64,000 nucleotides of DNA from Syncephalis fuscata S228 (lineage: Eukaryota > Fungi > Zoopagomycota), in assembly GCA_025786725.1 (NCBI GenBank), contig JAHLTZ010000020.1, forward strand, positions 310,001-374,000. The letters run 5' to 3'. The position numbers were made by a program, and so were the translations under genes. Below the pieces are notes generated by a model, which did no database searches, was not told the origin of the DNA, and worked only from the letters and a program-made list of their open reading frames with translations. Shown here piece after piece: positions 39,521 through 51,859 of the stretch; position 1 is the first letter of the stretch, and every line of letters begins with the position of its first letter.

Positions 39521-41490
39521 GATGAATTCAAATAAAATGTAATATACCGCAATAGATGTATATATATATGTAAAAATATAAATAGATGGACAATACGTTT
39601 GGCTAAAATAAATAAAATGTAATAAATAAATAAATGGCGACGGTCTTTGTTGTTACCGAAGCAAGTATTATAGCGAAATAAATAGATCAATGAACAATAC
39701 AAACGATATTGAACACGAAGACATGGGATTGGACAAATTAGCCAATAGTTATGGCTATTGTTAAACTATTGTTGTTACGTTAACCGTAAGTAAAAATGGT
39801 ATTGTTCGTTTTTATAAATGTTCAATAAAGAATGCAAATGTAATTCCGTTATACTGAACAAACAGTCATATAAAAATGGCACCAGTGTAGAAAAAGAACA
39901 AAAGAGATACAAAGGCTGAACAGGCAGTCGGCTGGTAATTTGGTACAGCCCCGAAGCTATTTAAAGCCGGCCGTGCAGGACATCCAGCAATAAGGACGGC
40001 AACGACGCAAAAGCAAGTCCTATTGTGGATAGCACTGCATACTATAAAAAGTACTTCATAACTTCCATTGACTTCTGTGACAAGCCTTGAACGCTTTGTG
40101 GTACGAACATTATATCGCAACTACCACTTTAGTCCATACCGCTGTATTCAGTAGAGAAGACTAAATAGCTTTAAGCAAAGGACGTGGTGTTTGGGTTACA
40201 CGTCTTTAACAAAGAGATTTAAAAACTAATTCATCCACTTTGTAAATAAAAAAGCACTAATTATCGGAGTTTGAGTATTTGCCTGACGGAATTTTCACCA
40301 TTCATCCACCAAATTGGTATAGCTAATGATGTCGTTAGGCAAAAAGAGCAATTCATAATTAAAAAGCCGAATTTATTTATAACTAATTGTATTACTCGAA
40401 TACTTGAATCTTGCTTTATTACACCACAAGTATAGACACAGTATCATGATACGTCATAGTTAATAGACCTTCTATATGGCCTTTATATCTCTAACGTTTA
40501 TATAGACACCACACCACACACGCAACAATACAGGCATCCGGTTGTTTATTAAGATGCTGATTGGATATAAGCTGAATAGATACTTTCGGTGTACAACCAA
40601 GCTTAACTTACATCATGGAGCTACTGTCAGTGTATTCATGACGGCCGATCGTCTGCGTGCTGGCATTAATCCATCCGTACACCATCCTGCATATCAATGG
40701 CATCAACCAACTGAACACTCCGGTCAGGTGATGTGCGCTATTTAAATGGGCAAACTGTAGGACATACGCCTATGGCACCAATAAATAAGTGCTATGAGTT
40801 GAAAATAGAATCAACTATTTGAGATTGTTTTACTAACATGTGAATATCAGTTTGCACGTTTTATGACTGAAACATATTATAATTTACTATTCTTAACCAC
40901 TATCCCCACTTATAATAGAACTACAACAACGACATTCAAGGTAGTGTAGAAACAGTAATGCTGTTGCATACCATCCAAGTTACATAAAAACGTGTACTGG
41001 TGTACATGCCTGTTTAATGCTAATTAACACCACTGATAGCGTCACGGATAACGGCGATTTGTTTCACTCGACGAGGTTGGACCCATTAACGACTTGGACC
41101 ACCGACTCCGCTTTTTTTGTCAAATTTGGTAACTTTAAAGGTGGCGGGTCTTGAATTACGGCACATTCGTTCCATTTTGGCCATTATCTAGTAACTTTTC
41201 TCATAGCCTTATAATTACAACAACTTTCTGCATATCTTTTATTGCTCTTTACGTTTTACTACTACTACTACTACAACTTCTTCCTTTTCTCTTTCTAAAC
41301 GAGCCAGCATCAACCTGGAGTTGTTGTTCTCCGTGCAAATACACACATACACACATACACACGCAAACTACTTTTGACGTTATATTTGACGCGGCTTTCA
41401 GTCCAGCGGGTAGTAAAGGTATCGGTTAAACATAACGTCATTAAGAATGCACATAAAGTTCTACGGCTATCATGGCAAATCCCAACAACC

Positions 41491-43360
41491 ATGGTATTTG
41501 AATTCATGGCCATTGTTGGCTATAGCAGCATGTACACGATAATGATAACTCCTGTCCATGCTAGCCTGCAACTAGACTCGAACAACCTCTCTCTATGGCT
41601 GCCCACCTATGATTATTTCGAAGCACCGCAACCATTTTACAATGTGACTGGCGTATTGATAAACCCCGTATTTACCAGTACAAGAGACTGCACACTGCAA
41701 GCGGGCTATTTTCGCAACAAAGCAGGATTCCATCCTATTTACAATGCATCAGTTGCCACGTTTAACTGGGATGAGGCCGATGAGGCTGGATGTAAAACAA
41801 TTGCGCAGGTAAGGAATCTAATGTTTCACACGTGGTAGATTTAAAACTCATCATCTTGTTTTAGGCCGCAAAAGCCGTTTCCATTTATGCCAAGACACTG
41901 GCTGATACATCAGTCCCACCCGTTCGTCTGTTTCTCCTCCAGCTTACGAATATCGTTAAAGGCTATTCTGGAGGACCAGAAACAGAGGATTACCGCTCTA
42001 GCAAAACAACGATCCCCGATGGCACACCAAAAATAACGACTGCCTTGGTGCCGGCAGAACGAACTGTAGAGCTTCGCTTGTTCCTTAATAAGCTTATCAA
42101 TCTACCCACTATCACCGTTACCCAAGGTAGGTAATCAGCATTACATTTCAGCCATTGCTAACAATACACAATCCATTGATTAGAAATTGGTCCATGGAAT
42201 AAGATCTTCCGCTCATTGCCCTACGCTATTCCCACTTACTGTTTCTTGACTATGGTAAGATAATGGACTATTTACTAACATTAAACTAACAACATCATAC
42301 ATTACAAATAGAATACAATATTTCTACTATTCAGTTTCTATAGACTATTCAATGTTATTAAAAAAAAGGAATTTAGATTTGAACGACGAAATATGATCTA
42401 TGTTACTGGTGTACTGGCTGCCATAAGTAAGTAAACAGTTATTTATTATAGTACATTCTTGCTAATCGATCTCTAGCCACGATATCACACATTCCAATGC
42501 AGAAACAAACACTTTCCCGCCTAGTACTGTCACAGCTATCGGCTTTATTGGCGGCACAGGCATTCTATGCACTTTTACTGTTATGGTTAGTAGACTTACG
42601 TAATAGCTACACATTCACTAATGGACATTATCTTTATTAAATAGGAGTGATATATTTGAAATGACACGTCGTAGAAAAGAGCTAAAGCTGGTCAATTACT
42701 TGGTGTATTTTGCCATGTTATTGCAAGTGGTATCATTTGTATCGCAACTAGTCGAAACCTTGGCTGATCAACCATCTTGGATGCAGCCAGTGTTGTCGGT
42801 AGTGTTCTGGGCCATGCCAGCAGTGCAAATGCTTATCTGCTGTGTCTACGCTTATTACAGTAAGTACATCATAATAATAGCACCATTACTGGCTATACTA
42901 ACGAGTCATAGTTCGTATATTTGTCAAGCAGCAAAAAGAATCATTATTAGTCAACAGACTATTTATGCACTTCGTTGGGTAAGTACTGTTTAAAGCATAT
43001 TAATTTAATAACTACTAATTAATCAATCACACACACACACTCTCTCTATAATAGTTGAGTTATTTGGCCATTGCTGGCATGTTCAGCTTTGTACTAGCCA
43101 TGATAGCTAATATCATCAATGCTATCACTTCACTTCGAGGCAACCCAGCTGCTTGGGCAGCACAATATCTTTTACAAGATTTGTGGCGAACCATTCGTGT
43201 TGTTGCTCTACTACTTATCATGGGTATTAGAATACCAAAGCCTATATCACATAATGATTACATAAATAGTGGAGATCAATTGTATACTGTACATTCTAAC
43301 AACAACAACAACAACAACAACAACAACCATCCAGATCGTTGGGATAATACTAAATACTAG
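41491..43360 (+). CDS. Signal peptide + extracellular domain + 7TM GPCR-like protein (about 8 exons); paralog of 5276-7165
   Basis: Exon 1 ORF 41374-41838 (ATG 41491); GT-AG introns; GPWN motif before TM1; hydrophobic exons to the stop at 43360; polyN tail. Confidence 0.72.
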
Positions 43361-43542
43361 ATTGATTTGTTAACAACAATACACACATTGGTTCCCCCTT
43401 TCCTCTTTCTCTTTTTTGCATTACGCCATTTTGATATTTCACCTTTTTTTACTATTGCATTTATCATTTATCACAATCATAAAGACACGCACATACATAC
43501 AAACACATACAAAAAAGAACTAAATGTTAAATAGTCGGCTAT

Positions 43543-46500
43543 CTAAAGTCGATTTAAACCAAGAGACTCGGTCAGTTGACTATAGTGCTCGTGTTGTTCC
43601 TTTGACCAATGCTCATTGCACCGTACAATACGGTTAAGCGGCTTAACCAGTATTAGACAAGCGACTTCTTTACAAAATTCGCTTATAACTAACGCCGTTT
43701 GAACCAGCTGTTCTACGGATGGTTGGCGAGGATCACGCACAGAAGATGACCGAGTAATTCGTGTCGATACGGGAGACGGTGGTTTGACACGAATCTTGGG
43801 ACGTGCTGCAGTTGTTCGTCTCATTTTATTGCTAGTAGCAATAGCAGTAGTAGTAGTAGTAGTAATAGGATTGGATACTAAAGAATCCGATGTTGTTAAG
43901 AAAGATTGTTGTTTAAATGTTGGGTTTGAATTCATTTCAGTTGTATATTCCTTTTCATTCTTCAAAATTTGAGATGGCATTTCAGTAGATCCACTCTCGT
44001 CGTCGTCATCAGACTCCATCATGGCTAGATTCATACGTGCTCTTGCTGCATTGTGTTCAAATGACCGTTCCATGTTTAGATCATCATCCATTGGTACTGG
44101 CGTTGGTGGTGTAGATGAATCTAATACACGAGGTGGTGGCACCGGTACTGGTTGATATGCATCTGGCAGCGAATCTTTAACAATAGTTGGCTGTCGACGT
44201 GCTTGAGGCGCATGGATAGGCGTGTTCGATACAGCCTGCATATTAATCGATTCAATATTAGCTTCACGAATAGTTGACAAGGTTGGGCATCGTGCAACAC
44301 GGCGACGTGGTGTTGGTCGTCCTTGTCCACCGAAACTGCCATCACCAAAGGGGCGGACCACAGATACGCCGGCCTTCTTTGCTGCTTGGCTATTTTGACG
44401 CCATGGACTAATACGTGCAATTTTAAGTCTAATATCAAATGCTGGTACACTATCGGCATAGTTCAAAATATCATTTGTTACCTAAAGGAATAAATAATTG
44501 ATAATTGATATATTGTTATTATTATTAGATTATTTTTGCATTGATTAATATCAAGCCTATTTACCTGTTCAAGGCTTTGAAGGATATTGCGCGATCCAAG
44601 TGTATAGCCCGTCAAGTGGCGTGCACGTTTTACTGTTGGTAAATTGGAATTACTTAATACACGATTCAAGTCTACATTATCTTGCATGGCAATCAACTGT
44701 GCTAGCACAGATGTCACTAATAGATTGCGCGAGAAACTGGCTGTTAAAGGCTGGCTCAATTGTTCCATCAATTGTTCTAGCAATCCAACATGGCTTACAC
44801 CAGCCCATATTTGACGTCTTAATGCATGTGCGTGCGACTGTTGTGCACCTTCAAAAAATGTGTTGTATTGCTCTTTAAGCTCTAATCGAGTTGCACACCG
44901 ATCGAATGCTGCACGCACATACTCCATCACCGGGCCTTTTCGTGATGCACATGAAGCGTGCAATGCACCACCCTCATCAATCATTTCTGATAAAGCAAGC
45001 ATACTAAATGGATGGATAGATTAGCCAAGTATCGTTTAGTGTAATATAATAACTTACCGCTGTGATATTTGCAATGTTTGCTCAATTGTTGCACTATCTG
45101 GCATATTGGCCGTACTATTAGAACAATCCAATAGTCGATAACTGGAATCCTTATGCGATCGCATTAAATCAGAGACCGCTGATGGATCGCCTAGTCGTAT
45201 AGTTTCATGGATGGCCCACAATGCCGCAATTGAAATCTGTAATAAATGTGTTATTAATTCACAATTAGTTATATTAAAGGTTAACGGTCAATTATATTTA
45301 CCCGATCATCACGACTAGCCACCATTCTTGACACGGCAGCGGCACAGCTTGGCATCAGAAATGTGGCATCGAGCAGTAAATGTAAAAGATTGTAGTCATC
45401 TTCGATGGATCGAAGAATATCAGTTACACATTCTAGCGCTTCAATAGCTTCGGGAGTTGGTCTTCTAGTTACGGCTGCACGGACATACACCAATACATTA
45501 CGATGAATAGCATGTTCAATCGAGTGTCGCATAAGTGGTGAAGAGTACTAATAGTATTAATGTTAATGTTAACGTTGCTATTACTAATGTTATTAATAAT
45601 GCAGTTTACCTTTTCACGTGCTAATCTATACACATCGTGTACTAGACGCCAACGTTGCCAGAATATCTTACGCCGCGCTTCAGTATCCCTTTGTGCACTT
45701 GACTCATCATCGTTTGTTTCATTGATATGTGACGTTGCAGCATGGCTAGTACTTGCATGCAGTACCAATGCCATAAAAGCTTTACGTAATAAACCAGTCT
45801 AGATTTATTAAGCCATCAATTAACCTGTTATAATGATTACTATAGATCTACTTACTAATACATTCATTACGCCAGTTTCTTCAAGTAATGTTGCCATTAG
45901 ACTGTCACCGGCATCACTGTCATCGTCACTGACAGATTCATCTCGTCCATAGCAGCTGCATTACTGCCATTTCCTCTTGCATGTTTGGCAAATGTTAGCC
46001 GTCCATTGGCTAGATTTCTACTCAGGTTTATATGCTGTTGTCGTTGTACAGCACCCAGCAACTCTAATATAATAGGCTGTGCTAATCGTCGAACACGAAC
46101 ATCATCATAACGAATACACTGCAGAGCAACACGCATTACAGCAATAGCAACCTATGTGCATATAAATGTGTATCAGTTGGCTGTAATTTGCCATTTATTT
46201 AATTTAAATTACCTCACTTTGAAGCCGGGCAAGCAATAGCTTGTTTGTCCTGAAAATGCATCAGCGGCCACATCCAACACCGATTGGCCCAACGATAAAA
46301 ACGGCACCATTGTGTCGACATCTTCTTCGGATGGCTCACTATGTGCATTGTCAGCATTATCCAACTATATTAATACAAACAGTAGTGCTTACCAAACATA
46401 CAGTGCTGCACCAGCATCAATAAGTAATTGTTCAACGGGACGCCATGCTGTCGTTTGTAATTTGGCAACATAGCGTCGACCAGTATTGCCAAGTAGCTCG

Positions 46501-47060
46501 ACCACATCCATACAGGCTAGATCGGTAAGGAGTCGTTCAAACCAGCCTAGCGTGTATTCTAGCATGCCACATGGTAGCTATACATATATCAACAATAAAC
46601 CATTTAACACTGGCATAAATCATTTAACCAGCATATATGCACTTACATCGATAGAGGCATAGCCGGCAATATCGCCTAGTATGCCTTCTCGAGCAGCAAA
46701 GCTCCAACAAGGCGGTAGAGTAGGAGCGCATACCACCGCCGGATCCAGGTTGCCTGCACCTTCCGTGGCATCTTCAAATAGCAGACGCCACATGCGCTCC
46801 ATTCTATAGGTTAACTCGTGTTTTCAATGTGTACAGGAACTAACAAGGAGAACAGCAATGCGGCATATCTATAATTAGTACTGAGCTTTCCCCACACTTG
46901 CCTACTTACCCCGTGCTCGCCGAAGTTCCATAAATGCGCCTAATACACTTAGCCAATGGTCACGGAACTGTCGAAGCCGGCGATTGGTGCTGCCATCATC
47001 GGTTCGATGTGCCAAAGAAGAGACTGGCCGTTCAAAAGTGGCGCTATTGCGTCCAGACAT
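43543..47060 (-). CDS. FHIP/FAM160 (RAI16-like) FTS-Hook-interacting protein (multi-exon)
   Basis: N-terminal QFRDHW, PCW...ILGDIA...LPCGM; LLEQLMEQLSQPLTASFSRNLLVTSVLAQL and terminal TALVISEFCKEVACL resemble FHIP C-terminal motifs; consistent GT-AG exon chain. Confidence 0.65.
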
Positions 47061-48571
47061 AATATATGTATTGTATGTATGTATATATGTATATATATAG
47101 GCAGCTATTGGCAACAAACGTATATGCTTGACAATCAATGCAAAATCGTGTAATCAGTAGTAATAAACGTCAACTGAACAGGATGATATCACGTAGACAA
47201 TATAAATGAATAATATACTAGCGTCAGTGCTTAGCACTAAATAAAAGTGCAGAGTCTATCTAAAAAGGAATGGAAAGAATAAAATTGGGAAAGGTGTTGA
47301 TTGCAGGCTAATCTGTTGGCGGCTCCCTTTGACGGCCAATATACTGCTCGTTAAGCGTGGGCGTGCGTTTGCGTGCGTTAAGTGGAAAACAGGTTAAGCA
47401 CAAACAAGAATATGCATACAGTGAATGAGTATTGGTAGTGACTAATCTTTGCAAGTGACGTTGTTGTTGTTGACAAAAAGAAAGAAAGAAAAGGTAAGAT
47501 GCTTTGGTAAAAGCAATTAGGATTGCTGTAAAATATACACACTAGATCAACAGCCCATAAACTAGGTTAGAGTAAACAAACAAACAAAATAAGAAGGATA
47601 GAAGGAAGCAGGGTAAAGGACAGGAGATCTTGAATAGCAAATAGCTTAGAAACCAGGTAGAGTGGAAAAGGAGAACCTAAAGAAAAATCCGACCGATAAT
47701 AATGAATTAGTCGATATGTCCGTAAAAAACAGTGATAAACTCCGCTGAAAAGAAATGCAATTGGCGAAGTGTCCAAATTGGGCCAAGGAAAGCGGAGAAA
47801 AGTGTCACAATACAGCAAAGGCCAGTTGAGAATAGTTGGATTATATTAGTGATAATGACACAGCGTAAAACTGTTCAAATGGTTTTTTACGCACTGCCAA
47901 GTGCATATTGATAAATTGACACATGCACACACACATGTATACTCTCAAGGCAGATGAAGTTATTGTGGTCCGCAATAATATTGTTGTTACAGTTACTTAA
48001 TTTTTATAAATTAAAGTTTCAATTTACATTCCGGCAAATTGTTGTGCGTAACACACACACACATTTCTACTATTGATATTTAATATAGCTTAAATTATCA
48101 GAATTGCACAATTAAAACTTTTTTATAAGTAGTTGTCTATAATTATATTTGGAATAAAAGTACTACTAATATTAATCGTTATATTCTATTGAATTGATAG
48201 TATACTTGATTAAGCCATTTACTTTATCTACTCTCTCTCTCTCGCAGTTGTTTAATAATTGATTGCAATATCTTAACAATGGTATTGTAATAATATAATA
48301 AATGTACATTATGAATATTGTAATTATTTATTATGAATAATGCATGATATTTAATCAAAATGGAAATGTCGTAATTATTGTGTTCAAAGGGTACGTGTAC
48401 ACACAAAACACGTCATAGAAACAAGTCGTAATGTAGTACTAAATAGGGCCATTAAGCGTAATTAATAAACCATGCTTGTATAATGGCCAAAGATGTGACG
48501 ACATTAAAAAGATTAAGCAGTAGTAGTTCTACATAATTACGAATGTTATTATTATGTAAAGTACTATCTAC

Positions 48572-50740
48572 TTAGTATTCGTAGCTTTCTTCGTACGATG
48601 ACGAGTACGATTCGCTTGAAGAGTAGCCTGATTCATAGTGTGATTCGGTTGTTGTTTCGTAGCCGTTTTCTGTTACGGTGGTTGTAGTATTGCTTGACCA
48701 GTAAGGCAACGATTCCTTCCATTCGTAGGTCCAGTTCTCCTTGACCACCTTATTCAAATCAAGTAGAGAGCCGTTTTGGACACCAGCTTGCTTCGAATCA
48801 CCAATGATGGCTGTAAGCTTTTGTTCAACTGTTGCAGCATTATAAACACTTGGTGGTGATGGGTTGTCTTGTTTGCCGTTTATGACGCCATTGGTGCTGT
48901 AGCTGCTATGTTCGACAATATCGGCTGTTTGCTTACGCAGTTCCATAGCCGCTTTACGTGGATCAGCTTCTGGGCTAGTGGCATTTGTGGGTACTTCAAC
49001 GGGTACGGCAACATTAGATGTAAGACCGGTGGCTTCAAACGACGTATGGCCAGCTGCCAATAGCTGGGCCAGCTGATCGGCACGGTTACCCAAAGCACAG
49101 GGTGAGACGTAACCGGGAATGGCGTTAATTGGATCGTAGATCGTTTGCTTGTAGATGGCTTCGTATTTACGAACAGTTTCCTTATCGTATTTGTTCATAA
49201 TAATCCATCGCTCATCAATGGCCACTGGCATTTGGATTTTGGTAAGCGAAATAACCTTTTCTTCTTCTTCAGTATCATTGGATGAAGCGGGAATGTTAGC
49301 AGCAAGAATGGTAGTATTCCTAGCTGGAGTAGCTGGAGTAGTAGTATTAACAGCTTCAACAGGGGTAGAAATGGTAGTATTAACAGCTGGAGAAGTATCA
49401 ACGGCTTCAGGAGTGGTAATAACAGCTGGAGGAATATCAACAATCTCAGAAGTAGCATAGGCATCTGCATTAGCAGTACTGGTAGATTCGGCAATGGCAT
49501 AAGTATTTTCATTAGCAGTATTAACATCGGCAGTGGCATAGCTCTGGCGACGTTCAAGCTGCTGGCGTCTATGGCGTTTGTTTTGACGGCCCTTCTGCTT
49601 GTTCTTCTTGTTGCTCTTCTTCTTGCCAGCACCCTTGATAGGCTTGAACTTGCCACGCCAGGCTTGTTCTTTCTTGGGTACTTTCTTGGCGGGTGGTTCT
49701 GGCTTATCCTTAGCTGAATTCTGTCCATTATTTGGCTTCTGCTCTTCAGCTGGTGGTGTTGCGGGCTGAGCAGGCTTATCGGTACCTGGTTCGCCATTAC
49801 CATTGTTGCTAACATCATCTGGAGTCAGTTCATCGTAGGTGTAGCATAAGGCACGTGTATCCAACACCTGGCGAACACGAACGTTGTTCCATGGTCGGAT
49901 AGGATCATCAGGACTGGCGCCATTACGCTGATTCTCTTTTGGTCCATTGTAAGTATTGGCTAGATTTGGATATGCCTTTTGCCACTGCGTCCACAGTTTA
50001 TCGATCATGCCATGATGCATAAAGAAAATTGGATCATTTGAACTGTGCATGGTGGACATCATGCCGCCAATACCCATATGAACGACACCATGGGGAATCA
50101 TCTCAAGCTGTTCGCGGAAAGCATTATATGACTTGGCGCGAGTAATAATGCCTTGCAACAACTCGGGAGAGTAAAAGGCCCGCATGCTGCTGGGAGACTC
50201 ACTAAAGTCACGAGTGAGACAGCCGGGACGAGGATAGTATATTTGCATGTTGGCAAACTGGCCATCTGTGACACATTTGTCGCCATCACGGCCATCGCCA
50301 CCAAAGTAATCGGGACGGAAGATGATTGAAGCTGATGGGGCCTGTGAATCAATTGACCAATCCCAGTAAGGAAGCATCGTGTCTGGACTGGACTTTTGCA
50401 AGTCACGTTCATACAATGCAAGGTAATAGCGATGCCATGGGAAAAATAGTGCGTAATTATGGGCGTAGTCACGAGCTTCGTCGTGAATTTTAGCGTATTC
50501 ATCAAAACGAGATGGCCTTGAGCCCTTTTGGAGCTCTTTAATGGCTTTGATATAGGCCTGACGCTCTTGAGTGGATAGTGTACGGATTTCTCGTCGAGGA
50601 CGAATGCCTTTTGGACAATCGCCGAATTGTATTTGAGGAGCTCGTTGAGCCGTGGCTGTTTGGGCATCAATGGCTACTAACATTACGGAAATGGAAAGGA
50701 GAAGGGCGGCCGGCGCCTTAAAGTAACCAGAAAACATCAT
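48572..50740 (-). CDS. Secreted tyrosinase (type-3 di-copper), intronless, with long C-terminal extension
   Basis: Signal peptide; RPRREIRTLS; CuA H..AHNYALFFPWHR; LPYWDWS; CuB PHGVVH...SNDPIFFMHHGMIDKLW; LCYTYD. Confidence 0.95.
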   Translation of the reverse strand: MMFSGYFKAPAALLLSISVMLVAIDAQTATAQRAPQIQFGDCPKGIRPRREIRTLSTQERQAYIKAIKELQKGSRPSRFDEYAKIHDEARDYAHNYALFFPWHRYYLALYERDLQKSSPDTMLPYWDWSIDSQAPSASIIFRPDYFGGDGRDGDKCVTDGQFANMQIYYPRPGCLTRDFSESPSSMRAFYSPELLQGIITRAKSYNAFREQLEMIPHGVVHMGIGGMMSTMHSSNDPIFFMHHGMIDKLWTQWQKAYPNLANTYNGPKENQRNGASPDDPIRPWNNVRVRQVLDTRALCYTYDELTPDDVSNNGNGEPGTDKPAQPATPPAEEQKPNNGQNSAKDKPEPPAKKVPKKEQAWRGKFKPIKGAGKKKSNKKNKQKGRQNKRHRRQQLERRQSYATADVNTANENTYAIAESTSTANADAYATSEIVDIPPAVITTPEAVDTSPAVNTTISTPVEAVNTTTPATPARNTTILAANIPASSNDTEEEEKVISLTKIQMPVAIDERWIIMNKYDKETVRKYEAIYKQTIYDPINAIPGYVSPCALGNRADQLAQLLAAGHTSFEATGLTSNVAVPVEVPTNATSPEADPRKAAMELRKQTADIVEHSSYSTNGVINGKQDNPSPPSVYNAATVEQKLTAIIGDSKQAGVQNGSLLDLNKVVKENWTYEWKESLPYWSSNTTTTVTENGYETTTESHYESGYSSSESYSSSYEESYEY

Positions 50741-51859
50741 CTTACCAAAAAATATTGATAGTATTTTATGTGGATAATTGATTGATGTGCACTTTTAGTA
50801 ATGAGCGAATTGAATAAATCAAAATAAGAGTTGTTAACTAATGCTAATAAAGTAACTGTGTGCAATAGTAAAGTTTGGTATGCAGTAGTGAATAGCAAAT
50901 AGCAAATAGCAAATAGCAAAGACGGCCGGCGTCTACAAAATAGCAATACTCCTAGATGTAAGATTTGTGCAATAAGGTAGACTGCAAATGAAAATGAAAA
51001 TGTGTGTAATGGTGGTGTAGTGCAGTATAGCGGTTAATTGTAGATGTCAAAATGTAACGATTTAGTGTATGTATGAAGAAGTATGAGTGAGTGTTGCGTC
51101 TTGCGCCAATATTGAACTATAGGAATTGTCTGGCAAACAAGCAACTTTAAAGCATCAAATGCCTGCCGTATGTTGTCGTCGTACATGTTACACGGAGATA
51201 AACAATACATGGTGCTTCGATACAGCCACTTAAAACGCGTCATAAGCATCGATGCTTCCTTCATACAGTATCATGGTAAATCTGTTCTACCGGCTGTGGA
51301 TAAGACAACTTTTATCTCCGCGTTTTAACATTAACCCATTTATTTCCAAACTGGGATTGCTCTTTTGAAAGTTGGCACTACGCCACTATGCGTCGTTCAC
51401 GCCTTGTTTTAGTGTTGTCATAGTTGACCATGTTGGGCAGTTGTTTCACAGCTTTGATACATTTAATTGATATCCACTGTTGCTACTAAAAATACATGGC
51501 TATGGTTCAATCATTGACTTTTATAGCAAACTGTAGAACGCAAGTTTCGCTTATACAAAAAGGTGCATCTTATAGTAAAAAATTCGTTTAATTGAAATAA
51601 ACGCAAACCAAAATCGGGTGCGGTAACACAGTATTCGTTGTAAACATCATCTAAGTGGCCCCCTGAAATAAGTAAAACATCTTATAATTGCTAAAAATAC
51701 TATTGATACCCCATTAATAGTCATTAGACAGTGTAACTGAACATTGCCCCAATAAGTCTGGGTAATAATGAATAATATAAGCCAACACAACATCAGTACC
51801 ACCAATAACACTGTTCTAATTATATATTGCGTTTATTTGCATAATGATGTTACTAAAAA

